Source: Catajapyx aquilonaris
Taxonomy: Eukaryota
Direction: 5' to 3'
Length of the DNA: 37,552 nucleotides
Assembly: GCA_000934665.2 (NCBI GenBank)
Contig: KZ539111.1
Coordinates: forward strand, 1-37,552
A program made the translations under genes and the position numbers. Below the pieces are notes generated by a model. The model saw only the letters and a list, made by a program, of their open reading frames with translations, made no database searches and was not told the DNA's origin. This document shows positions 12,567 to 23,268 of the stretch, piece after piece; within the stretch, counting starts at the first letter, position 1; each line of letters begins with the position of its first letter.

Positions 12567-12650
<84 letters not shown>
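12567..12650. repeat. (TA)n microsatellite
   Basis: Pure TA run adjoining the gap. Confidence 0.98.
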
Positions 12651-12651
<1 letters not shown>

Positions 12652-13182
12652 GATAATGTTTCATTCGGACATGTTTCCCTTCTCCAAAGTCATAAATGGA
12701 CAGACCCAGTGTTAATAACCATTGCTGAAAATATATTTGTATAAACATCAGGGACATTATATACGGTATCGTTTATTTTCTCGCGAGCTATGCATAACCA
12801 ATAGAGGCTTCAAACTTTACATGAAGCTCTTTTTTTGTTTTTGTTTTGTTTTTGTTTTTTTTTGCAAAAGCCACATATGTCAAAAATGGTAGAAAACGAG
12901 TTATGGCCACCACCGCTTAGTTCCAAGCCTTGCGCTCTAAATGCTGCAATCGAAACGCAGGCAGGACAATATATTGTCAAGGGAGAAAACCAAGGTAGAA
13001 AAAATGCACCTTACGCAAGAACAGCAGATGTCAGTTCATCCCAGCTAACATTTTACAGAAAAACAACAGCTATCAGTGACATCTGTTGTTCTTGCGTAAA
13101 AAGTAGCATTCCACCAAACATGGTTCTATGATCTTCAGCGGTTATAGCTACAAGACAAGAGCAACGTCCAATGTCAGCAATA

Positions 13183-13314
13183 CCAAGAGCTAATATGCTG
13201 CGGTCAAACGGCCGAGCCCGTCTGGGGAGTCGCGCCAGTTCCGCGGAGAGGATGAGGAACCCAGCTCTATGCAAGGGATAGGGGACTCGGAGGCTCTCAG
13301 TTATTAGCTCTTGA
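13183..13314. mobile_element. Short MITE candidate
   Basis: 12-bp inverted repeat CAAGAGCTAATA/TATTAGCTCTTG with TA on both sides and a GC-rich interior. Confidence 0.5.
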
Positions 13315-14461
13315 TATCACATATATTACATGTTTTACATACATATGCATTATTCATTATTACAACGAGCATAAAACTTGATTGCTTCGGGTGGGAAGTG
13401 CAGCTCACAGAGATTATAGCTTCGGTAGGAAGGTCCACCCCACTGTCCACCCCGGTTCCACCCTCAGTGGTAACAATAGCAATAAGTCGTGTCTATTCCT
13501 GAGAGTCGGCACCAGCGCAGTCATTAAAAAGCTGTGGCTCCTTTGAGAACCCAGAAAATGTGATCCCAGCCCCAGTGCGCGAACAGCGCTGTAGCGAGCG
13601 GCGCACAACCTGCTAGGCCGCGCGGCTAGGCCCCGCCATAATACCGGCGAAGAAACTCGCCTCCCTAGGCCGGAGGACGGACAGGTTGGCCAGCTGCGCC
13701 GAATATCAGTTTCGGGTCCAAAAATTAGTGTCTTAACCGCATACGACTCTTAATTATGTATGTAAATAAAGTGACTCTTTCACTAGCTGGATTCAGAACA
13801 GTCGTACTTTTCATTTGCTCTCCATTTCCCTTGCCCTCATACGTTCGGCAGGGATCATAACACTGTCTATACATAAATATTATACCAAACGATACCAAAC
13901 TAAAAGCTATGTGACGTGCTGACGATGTCGTAACAGTACCAGTTAGCTCATGTAGTGTTACCCAAAGTGCTAACAGGTTCGTTGGGGAGAATATGTTTTT
14001 ATTCATGTGAGTGGTTGTGTATAGGTGCACTGACTTGCCTGGGGGTCTGCAATGCTGTTATAGGCCGGCCCGTATTATACAAATACGTATTATTAGATTT
14101 ATTACACCCGCGAGTACAGTACCGTACTGGAGTATAGGCAGGGATCACGAAAAGCAAGACGAAAAGGAATTTCGTATCGTATCGTATATCTATTCTATCG
14201 TATCACCTCTGTGCCTATTTTGTAAGACAGGGCAGGGCAGGGAATCGGGCCACCCCGCAGCTCGGCCACGGGAGATCAGTGGTAGTACACATTCACCGAC
14301 CACGGCAGACCTCACAAATCGCGGCAAAACTCACAAACCCTATCAATAACACCAGAGGGCGCAAACATTTTGCCTACCAACAAGATGGCCGCCTCTGTTT
14401 TAATGACGTAGACCGTAGAGCTAAAAGGTAAAGGTCCATAGCATGATCTTAAAATACTCAT

Positions 14462-14502
14462 GTCTGGTCACTCCCACTCACCCCCTGCCGGGGCGTTTTG
14501 CA
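14462..14502 (+). repeat. Dispersed repeat, probably a transposon end, also at 37503-37543
   Basis: GTCTGGTCACTCCCAC(T/C)CACCCCCTGCCGGGGCGTTTTGCA is shared with one mismatch. Confidence 0.7.
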
Positions 14503-15402
14503 GGGGGTGCTCACCTGAGAGCGCCATGAGACATTTCAGAGCACTGGTATGTGGCGACCCTACCGGACTACGCTGAACTTTATAGGTACGAAAGGAAGCG
14601 GCCATTTTTGATCCCGACAGGCGACTTACAGGTGCTGCCACCCACCCGTATCTTTGCGGGCCTTTCCTTCCCGCAGCCCTTGCGGGAGCGCGACACGATA
14701 ATTCCACTTCGGGAGTTGCCGGGGCGTGACGTCATGTTTACGGGCGTTTGCGACTTGCGGGCCTCCCGTAAAGTCCACGAGAATCCAAGCAATAGCCACC
14801 AGATGTGCATTTTCTAAATTCCCGTCACCCCCGATTTCACCGGCATGCTGCAGTATATGCGGTACAAGTAGGCCACAGTACATAATCTTATTTCTTTTCC
14901 AAGCTGACGAAATATATTAAGTACCTGCTGCCCCGATACAATCATTAGTCAGTATAGTTGGCACCAAGGAAGCCTAGAGAGCCTACTCAGCCTACCCATA
15001 CTTACAGTATATGATAGGAAATTACAACATGTCATAAAATACCTGTACTATTAAGGCAATATTAGCATTTCATTTTATACTGTATAATTTGTGCTTTGTT
15101 GCAAGAGTATCAGTGTGAGAGCAGATATAAATCTTGTAATGTTGGCACATTTAATTTCACATGCACTTCTACTGCACACTTGTAATGGAAACACATGCAA
15201 ATTTATTCCAGATGGCATATGTATATGTGGCAAGCCAGTGAAAACTTTTGCCCAGTAACTTATTTTCGAACTATTTCGAACAGGAGTATTAAACCTTACA
15301 CTTGAGCAAGTCCTTAAAAATCCTTAAATATATTTTTCTTTGAGAGTACATCATCACACATGAAATAGGCAAAACACTTTGCACTTAATAATCACACTTG
15401 CC

Positions 15403-15408
15403 TTTATT
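15403..15408 (-). terminator. Candidate polyadenylation signal of gene C
   Basis: AATAAA on the minus strand about 180 nt after the stop. Confidence 0.5.
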
Positions 15409-15588
15409 AAACCAATTAATGCATTACAACAGTCTTTGATCAACACAATATTACACCACACTAAGGTCCAAGGGTGTAGCCTACTAAATAACAGTCATAT
15501 TCCCACATCTCTATGCAAATGTGCCTACAGTCTTGATTACAATATAGCACAATGCAATGAAGGAATATGCATAGTAGTGGTAGTAGTG

Positions 15589-15812
15589 TTAATAGGTGTC
15601 AATGTTGGCCTTGACAGGGTATTTACAAATCTTTCCACATCCTTCTGGACAACACTTTCTACCCATTTTACACTCCAAATCTGTCAAACAGTTTACTCCA
15701 GGACGAAATTCACAAGTGCCTACTTTGTCTCTTGCAGGTGGACACACCCATGGATTTTCCGGAGGAAGGGCATATGTTTGGGTTGTTGTCTCAGCAACAG
15801 GCCTCTTTTCAG
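15589..15812 (-). CDS. Gene C exon 3 (terminal): linker + canonical 8-Cys WAP domain
   Basis: Acceptor ATTCTTACAG|CT, phase 1. Encodes CPPARDKVGTCEFRPGVNCLTDLECKMGRKCCPEGCGKICKYP, then TAA. Confidence 0.9.
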
Positions 15813-16190
15813 CTGTAAGAATTGATGACATCAGTAAATTCCTAGACATGCTGAAATATGCACAGATAATCCTGATCCAGGGATAAAATACAGTTGTAGT
15901 AGGCTACTATAATCTCAATTTAAAATTTTCAACGAGATGAAAATTTTAAAATGTTTCATGCAACCCTGCATGGGCTATAATAAATTCTGACGATACTGGA
16001 ATCTGAAAAAAAAAAAACACTTCTACATACAGTATAAGTTATGCAGTATATCCAGAGGTGTCACATAAAGGAGGTCATGTCCACATAATTTACTCTTGTG
16101 CAAGGGATGTTCACTGATTGATTAGATGTGATTTCATGTAGCAGGCCCTATCCCTCAAATCAACCACGATTATTCTGATGCCGCTATTAA

Positions 16191-16884
16191 CCCCTTCGCT
16201 CCCAGATAGGCCCGAACCACGTAGATTTTGGATTATGCGTAGCCTACTCCGAAGATACGGACAAGATATTTTACAAATAATAACAGCTATACTTATCACT
16301 TTCAGGGAAAACACTATGAATGTGTCTGAAACAATTTTACTTGTCTAGAAGTCCCTAAATTAATTGACAAAAAAAGGCTATGAAAACTCAAAATTCGAGT
16401 ACTGCCGACCAACTGTTAGGCTGATTTAATTATGAAATGTGTGAAAATATGTGGAATAAGAACTTTGAGAATACTTATTTGCGGCTTTCTGGCACTTCGG
16501 AAAACTCCCAAATTTATTTACTATTTTCCAAAATGCCAGAAAGCCGCAAATAAGTATTAATTTATTTCTCGCAAAGTATGACGAGTTCAGCAAATTCGTC
16601 TGGCATGGTTCTCAAGGTTGTTATTCGGCATATTTTCACGCATTTCATAATTAAATCAGCCTAACAGTTGGTTGGCAGTCCTCCAATTTCGAGTTTTTAT
16701 AGCCTTTTTTTGGAAATTAATTTAGGGTCTTCTAGACAAGTCAAATTGTTCCACACACATTCATAGTGTTTTCTCTGAACATGGTAAGTATAGCTGTTAT
16801 TATTTGTAAAATATCTTGTCCGTATCTTCGGAGTATGCTTACGCCAAGATTTACATGGTTCAGACCTATCCGGTAGTGAAGGGG
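16191..16884. mobile_element. piggyBac-type fold-back MITE in gene C intron 2
   Basis: TTAA|CCCCTTC...GAAGGGG|TTAA with inverted arms of about 280 bp and an internal palindrome AATACTTATTTGCGGCTTTCTGGCA. Confidence 0.9.
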
Positions 16885-17033
16885 TTAAAAGACAATTGGA
16901 AGTCCACGCCTCTTACAGTCTGTTGACTTCAGTAGGTTGATACTGAAATTGGTGACCTAACTCTAAAATCTCACTTCAAAATAATAAAAAATACTTTCCT
17001 TCCTTGATTACACCCAAGCATGCAATGACTTAC

Positions 17034-17129
17034 GGCAAACTTTTGCTGTACAGACATCTGGCTCTCCTTGAACACCACACCAACAATCATTACATCCATC
17101 AAAGTACCACTGGTCCAAATAACATGGAT
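17034..17129 (-). CDS. Gene C exon 2: pacifastin (I19-type) inhibitor domain
   Basis: 96-nt phase 1-1 exon (TTTGACCCAG|...|GTAAGT) encoding DPCYLDQWYFDGCNDCWCGVQGEPDVCTAKVC, matching C-x9-CNxCxC-x3-G-x4-CTxxxC. Confidence 0.88.
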
Positions 17130-17200
17130 CTGGGTCAAATAAAAACAAAATAAAAATGTCAAAAAGAGGAGTATAAAAGCTTACGTATACACAAACACAC

Positions 17201-17264
17201 CTGGTCGGCCAATACCCATAACCACAGCAAGTGACATGGACAATGCACACCACAGAGCAGCCAT
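17201..17264 (-). CDS. Gene C exon 1: signal peptide MAALWCALSMSLAVVMGIGRP
   Basis: Hydrophobic N-terminus, donor CAG|GTGTGT in phase 1, 71-nt intron, TATA box about 40 nt upstream. Total CDS 384 nt (127 aa). Confidence 0.78.
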
Positions 17265-17301
17265 TATCTCTCATGTCCATGTATGTACTTTCGTTTATGT
17301 G

Positions 17302-17309
17302 TTTATATA
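17302..17309 (-). promoter_or_regulatory. TATA box of gene C
   Basis: CTATATAAAC on the minus strand just upstream of the signal-peptide exon. Confidence 0.6.
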
Positions 17310-17344
17310 GCTCTGAGAACTGCATAGGTTAGCAAATAGCTCAT

Positions 17345-17350
17345 TTTATT
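17345..17350 (-). terminator. Candidate polyadenylation signal of gene B
   Basis: AATAAA on the minus strand about 90 nt after the stop at 17442. Confidence 0.55.
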
Positions 17351-17441
17351 ACTTTGTGAGTGGTGACAATGCATGTATAATCAACATCAGATAAACACAC
17401 ATATGTGTCTCCATAATAGAAAGGGGACTACAGGTCTTTGT

Positions 17442-17599
17442 TTAGGTGGATGGTTGGCAAGTGGTGGCACCACAAATGTTCACACAGCATGTTGTATCCT
17501 TAGGACACTCAGAGGTGGATTGGCAAGGTTGTCCTGAGCTACAAGTGGGCAGGTGACACACTTGAAGCATGTCAGATGTTGACCGCTTGAATGGTGAAG
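17442..17599 (-). CDS. Gene B exon 3 (terminal): KR-containing linker + compact 8-Cys WAP-like domain
   Basis: Acceptor ATATTTACAG|CT, phase 1. Encodes SPFKRSTSDMLQVCHLPTCSSGQPCQSTSECPKDTTCCVNICGATTCQPST*. Confidence 0.85.
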
Positions 17600-19184
17600 C
17601 TGTAAATATCAAGTTGTTGAATAACATGTGTATAATGTGTACATGGCACAAAGTGACACATATATTCACTGCAAAATTTACTTTAAAAACATCACTAAGG
17701 CCAGTTGTATCAATGTGTATTAAGAAGAACATCTATTGTGCAGTGTGAATACTATGTGATCACAATAATTGTATCACATGCAGTAGTCCACCTCAAGGCC
17801 AGTGACATGCAAGTGGCAGCATGTAAATATTTAAAAAATAACCCAAAAATTAAAAATGGGACTAGATAATATTTGTATGCATAATAATTATAAATTCAGA
17901 ACATTCCCACTACTGAAATATGCATAAGTCGGTCACATGTGTTACACATTACTACTTAATTTTTTATTTAGGTCAAAGGCATCATTACATATTTTAGGTG
18001 GAAATATTGATTCAGCTGGAATAATATTTTCTTAAATATGTGAGTGCCATGTCTAATGCAGATATGACAGACTGTCAGATGATCCACTATTGTATTGAGC
18101 TATATGGATTTGATGATAATCATAACTGAACTGGCAGGGGGGGGGGGATTCATCTGGTGATTCATTTAGAAGACAATCAATGAAAAAATACAATAAATGT
18201 TGCCCCGTGGCCAATTGTCAATATATGCATTGTTTAACAGCATCCTAAAACTTCACATTATTTTTTCAATAATTGTACCAATGTTTTACACAGCAGGTCA
18301 TAGATTTAACAATGTTTGTAATTTTTAATGCAACGAACGAATGTAACCAAGGATGGTAATAAACATTATGATAATTATAATCATTATTTATTTACTAAAC
18401 AATAATGCCAAGTCACAACCTATACCAAGTGCACAAAGCATTCTGAAACTAACTGTAAATTAAAAACCTCTCGATACACTGACTAAGCAAGGTCTCCCCT
18501 TTTAAATTATTCTTTATGAGTGAATTTATGCAACGTCTCTCAGCTTCTCTTTCAATATTGGAAGCATATCAGTCAGTCCTTTTTTGACACACTCTCCTTG
18601 TGCTCTATACAAGCTCAGAGGTCACTGACACCATCAATTTAGTGAAGGTTCTATTTTTGTAGAAAGCTCTCAAGAAATGTGAAGGGGCAAAATCCATTTA
18701 ATAGTGCATGTTGGGAATATGCACTGTGTTTGTTACCCCTAAAATTATGCTGCAGAGAGGGTGGTACTAATTTGCATGATGCAACAAAAAACCAGTTGTT
18801 ATTTTTTGGCAGATTACATTGCAAATCATCTGGAAGACCTCAATACATATTGTAATGATGTAAAACATAATGATAAATCATCTCTTTGTTCATACCTTGT
18901 ACATTACATGGCAATGACTTTGTATGAGTACCTCCACATTTTGGTGTTACATCACATACCTATGTGTGACAAGTTGTATTTAAAACCCTGATATGATTTG
19001 CCACTGTTCACTAAACCACACATTTCCATGATAAATTCTTGCACATAAGAATCACCAGCAGTCGATATAGTCACTGCAACCAACTTAATTTATTTTTGGG
19101 TACCATAGTATGAGGTGGCAGAGCTTATTTTTCTTCCCTATCCCCATAACTTTAAAAATGATTTATTATTATAGAAAACCTTAC

Positions 19185-19298
19185 TTTCACCGGGTGGGAT
19201 GCAGAACTTCCTGGTACAAGCAGGCGGTGAATTCCCAATGCACAGGCAGATGTTGCATCCATCAAAGTACTGCTTGGTCACACCATCAGCACAGGGAT
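19185..19298 (-). CDS. Gene B exon 2: pacifastin (I19-type) inhibitor domain
   Basis: 114-nt phase 1-1 exon (ATCTTTTCAG|...|GTAAGG) encoding PCADGVTKQYFDGCNICLCIGNSPPACTRKFCIPPGE. An alternative in-phase GT lies 6 nt earlier, at 19190. Confidence 0.88.
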
Positions 19299-19380
19299 CT
19301 GAAAAGATCGGGAACAGGAAACAGTTCATCATGAAACATCACAACCAAACATGTCAAGGGCCATGATAATCATCACTCAC

Positions 19381-19441
19381 TAAATGCCCTTTGACCTGAT
19401 GCTGCAGCAACCAGCAGGAAGATTAGGACAAGATGGACCAT
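19381..19441 (-). CDS. Gene B exon 1: signal peptide MVHLVLIFLLVAAASGQRAF
   Basis: GAC-ATG-G start, classic h-region with ASG-Q cleavage, donor A|GTGAGT in phase 1, 82-nt intron. Total CDS 333 nt (110 aa). Confidence 0.88.
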
Positions 19442-19490
19442 GTCTGCTTGGAGGAGCTGAAATGATACCCAGGCAGACAAGGAAGAGAAC

Positions 19491-19497
19491 TTTTATA
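19491..19497 (-). promoter_or_regulatory. TATA box of gene B
   Basis: TATAAAAG on the minus strand 50 nt upstream of the ATG, with an Inr-like TCATTT at 19465-19460. Confidence 0.7.
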
Positions 19498-20874
19498 TGG
19501 AAGGTGTGGTTGTGACCTTGGGCTGTGACTTCTTCTATATGCAGCTATTGTCATATCCCAGGTGCGTAAAAGGGATGGCTGGAATTAAAATTATTCATGA
19601 GGAACATGACACACGTTGTAATTGCCACATATGGTGTTATTCATTCTTCTTTATGAGAATTTTGAACCCCTCGGCAGTATTATAGTCCCCAACTTTGTTT
19701 ACTCAACATATTGACACAACACTTATGGGAGTTTGATCCTTTCAAAATTGAATGATCATTAGTAATTTCTTTTTCCTCGGGTGGTTCACATCAGGAAAGT
19801 TACACTGTAAATAATTAGCATTTCAAATGCTTCCTCAGTCACATTCACCCCACTTTATAAACCATCTAGAACCAGGTTACAAAATTGTTATGACAATGCA
19901 TGATGCATCTCCCTCCCAAGGTCAATTGCAATGCATATGTGTAATATTAGTTTCTAAGCCACCATCTCAGCTATAGGAGGCCTTCAGATTTTAGGATGAG
20001 TATAACCCATATGCCCAAGCATCTTCACACATCAATATTACTTATAAGGAACTGTAATTGCTTAATAAATGCTTAATGCATTTCCAAAAATTTACTATGA
20101 AATATAAAATTCCTATATTTGGCATCAACATGAGATGTCGTCCCAAAGAATACTAAATCACTAGCATCAATAACTAGGCCCTGAATTTAAAATATTTCTA
20201 CTTGTTAATTTTTGTGTAAGTTATATTTTGTGTAACTGCATCATGGGTTGGGTTTAGGGACCAGGGAGGGAGTGTGTGAGAGAAGGACAGCAAGAGAGAC
20301 AAGGTAAGGGAAAGGAAGTAACTGTACTGTACCATAAATTGGGGTGAATAGGTACAAAAAACTGTACGAAAATGTATAAATTTTGCATTTGAAAAATTGA
20401 AAGATATCAAAATAGGGTTTTTCCAGGAGAGAACTGAGTTTTCAGACATAATAGTAAAAAAAATGTTTGTGTAGATTGGTAACATGATAATCAGATGTTA
20501 TGTAAGTAGGTGTCATTTTCCATAACCTACAAACTCTACATAGTAGGAGGTGTTGGCAGCAGTCCAAAGTGACTTCCTAACACCAAATTTTAAAATATCC
20601 TTCTGCCTTTATCTGAAATGCTGTCAACCTTTCAATACACAACATTTAAATTTTACACTGTCACTCTCACTGGTATCACTGAATTTATATAACTTAAGTC
20701 TTAACTGTTCAGAGTTTGAGATTTATGGCAAACTGTATCAAAGCAAATTAGGGAAATTCACCGATTATAATAATATTATATAGGTATTCATAGTGCATTA
20801 CCCGAGATAACCCCCCTAATTTTCCCTCATACAACCCACCCTTAGGAGGAATTTGAAAATTAATTAATATTATT

Positions 20875-21137
20875 ATAATAATGGATACCCTGTGATAGGC
20901 CCCTTGGGCCTCTTAGGGGATCATCTTTTGAATAACCGACTTTAATCATTTGCCTGAAATGTGATGGATTTTGATAGTGGGAGGAAACGGGAGAACCTCG
21001 AGAAAACCCACGCGAACACGGAGAGAACCCATCGGAGCTCTATCCACATAAGTATCCTCCGTCCGACCCGGGGATTGAACTCAGGACCTCAGAGGTAGAA
21101 GGCTGTGGCACTAACCACTCAGCCACTGTGTTGCCCT
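20875..21137 (-). mobile_element. tRNA-derived SINE with V-SINE-like core, family 2
   Basis: A box TGGCTGAGTGG and B box AGTTCAATCCC. Core GTTCTCTCCGTGTTCGCGTGGGTTTTCTCGAGGTTCTCCCGTTTCCTCCCAC resembles the V domain. Stem-loop tail present. Confidence 0.85.
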
Positions 21138-21156
21138 CAAGAAGATTTTAATTCAG

Positions 21157-21161
<5 letters not shown>

Positions 21162-21210
<49 letters not shown>

Positions 21211-21480
21211 TGTTACCCCGTGGAAGAGCTCGTGGCCCTCTTAGGGGGGAAGGGGAAGTTCCCAAGTGAGGGCGCCATGCGATAGCCATTTCTGACAGTC
21301 TTTAACACCAGGCCTTTTCTGCTGGCCCCGGGCAGAGTAGGGAGTGCAATTCTGCCCCGGCATGTCAGGTGAAAAGCGGAAAAAGACCCGGCCAAGCAGA
21401 GGTGACGGGGACAGGATTTGAACCCCGGCCTCCCGCTTGGCTGGCCAGTAGCGTAACCACTAGACCACCATGCCACCCTC
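21162..21480 (-). mobile_element. tRNA-derived SINE, family 4, with long (TAA)n tail and TSD
   Basis: A box TGGTCTAGTGG, B box GGTTCAAATCC, 11-bp TSD ATTCAGATTAT at 21151 and 21481. Confidence 0.9.
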
Positions 21481-21649
21481 ATTCAGATTATACGTATTTC
21501 ATCACATGATTTATTACATAAACAAACTTTTCACTCAACAGCATTGACGTGAGAATTTATGAATGGGTGATCTTCAAGGAGAAAACACCAGCCACACTTT
21601 TCTGGTCGTGCTAGCACTTTCAGCATTGTTATTATTTTTAGCATGTAAC

Positions 21650-21845
21650 TATGGCCCAAAAAAATATCGTCACAGGTTATCCTGGCTTGGGTGCAACCCA
21701 TTGCAAGGTGTATGTGTGGGTGGGTGTGGGTGTGTGTCTGAGCAAAGCAGATAAGAGACGGGGTCAGATAAGCACGGACATGGACACCTGTGCAATGGGT
21801 TGCATCCAGCCAGGATAACCTGCGACAATCCTTATTTGGGCCATA
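21650..21845. mobile_element. MITE with imperfect TIRs of about 60 bp
   Basis: TATGGCCCAAA...CAGGTTATCCTGGCT...TGCAACCCATTGCA is mirrored at the right end (...TTTGGGCCATA). Confidence 0.8.
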
Positions 21846-21902
21846 ATGTATACATTAATGCTTTGAGGTTATATGTGCAAGTCAAGTAGGCTATCAGATC
21901 TG

Positions 21903-22808
21903 ACAAGGGAAGGTCACGGGGTGATAATGACGGATCTTGATGAAATTGATCATGCTAATACAGGACAATATATGATACCCAAATATGAAATATTTCGTGC
22001 GGAACCCCATATTTGCAAATGTTATGACGTCTCAAAGTTCTAAAAATAATACATTTTCATACTCCATGGGATTACATTAGCAACCACATATAATGACATT
22101 GAAGTGTGTAATCAGTTTCTAGACATTTTCTCATAGGGAGCATGTGAATCGATATATCGTAACCTAGGCAACTTATCGATTCCAGTATCGGCTTGGGCGA
22201 TAACATCATGGCGGCCGATGACGCTCATTGCAAACATGTCCAACGTCAGGAATAAATTCCACAGCCCCTGTGCCAGAGAGTCAGGTAAAACCCGGAGTAA
22301 ATCCCCGAAAAACACAGTCAAGAATACACGGAAACTAACTTCAAAATCCAACGATAACCCGCCCGTAAAGTAGACTTGTGTGGATAGAGTGAACCCAGAA
22401 GACCGGAAGTGGCGGGTCACCAGAAGTTGACCATGAAACCTATTTTGGTCACGCTCAATCCGAATATGAAAACCGTTTGTCGCTATCTCATACGGTTTAG
22501 GCCTTGATACCTGTCCACAGACGGACGGACGGACGGATGGCCAGAGCCGTTCTGTATGACTTTTTTCCGATGAGAAAAGGTCTAGAAACTGATTACACAC
22601 TTCAATGTCATTATACGGTATGTGGTCGGTAATGTAATCTCCCATGGAGTATGAAAATGTATTATTTTTGGAACTTTAAGACATCATAACTTTTGCAAAT
22701 ATGGGGTTCCGGACGAAATATTTCATTTTTGGGTATCATATATTGTCCTGTATTAGCATGTTCAATTTCATCAAGATCCGTCATTATCCCCCCGTGACCT
22801 TCCCTTGT
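21903..22808. mobile_element. Fold-back TIR element with arms of about 230 bp and an internal (GGAC)n tract
   Basis: ACAAGGGAAGGTCACGGGG...CCCCGTGACCTTCCCTTGT. Arms 21903-22134 and 22570-22808 are inverted copies. Confidence 0.88.
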
Positions 22809-22892
22809 GAGTATATGCTCTGAAGTTCTCCTACAGCACACTGTCACCCCCTCTCACAGCTAACTTGAACCATATTGTTGTTTCATCTAGTG

Positions 22893-23268
22893 CAGTGGTT
22901 CCCAACCTTTTCGTCATTTGTTTTCACCAAACATTCACGCCCTCCCCCCGCCCCTGGTCCCAATAACTTTCAGCAAGAGTTTCTTGAAAGATATTTTTAT
23001 AACTGAGGAATGAAAACATGTCTAAATAGGGGGAACAGACAAAAAAAAATTGGGTTCGAGGTCACACAAGTTTAGGTGAATGTCACAGACAAAATACAGT
23101 GGTATCCTCCTATACTGTAAGCAAGTACTGATACAAGCAAGTAGAAAAGTCGGTCCCTTCATAATTCCAGCAGCGCCAAGCGGAAGCATGTTACATTATT
23201 TTACTTATTTCTCATAGCCTCATGCCCCCCATGAAATCCTCTCACGCCCCCCAGGTTGGGAACCACTG
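22893..23268. mobile_element. hAT (Charlie-like) MITE
   Basis: 16-bp TIR CAGTGGTTCCCAACCT with perfect 8-bp TSD ATCTAGTG. Confidence 0.93.

Noticed and set aside
12269..12757. 162-aa and 145-aa ORFs
   Set aside because: Artefacts of the N gap and the (TA)n run.
17008..17325. 105-aa Cys-rich ORF read as a single-exon gene
   Set aside because: Only 17129-17034 is in the real frame. The upstream part is the signal-peptide exon in another frame plus a 71-nt intron with canonical splice sites.
22112..22645. 177-aa ORF inside the fold-back element as a transposase
   Set aside because: No DDE, HTH or other recognisable motif, and it runs through the TIR and a microsatellite.
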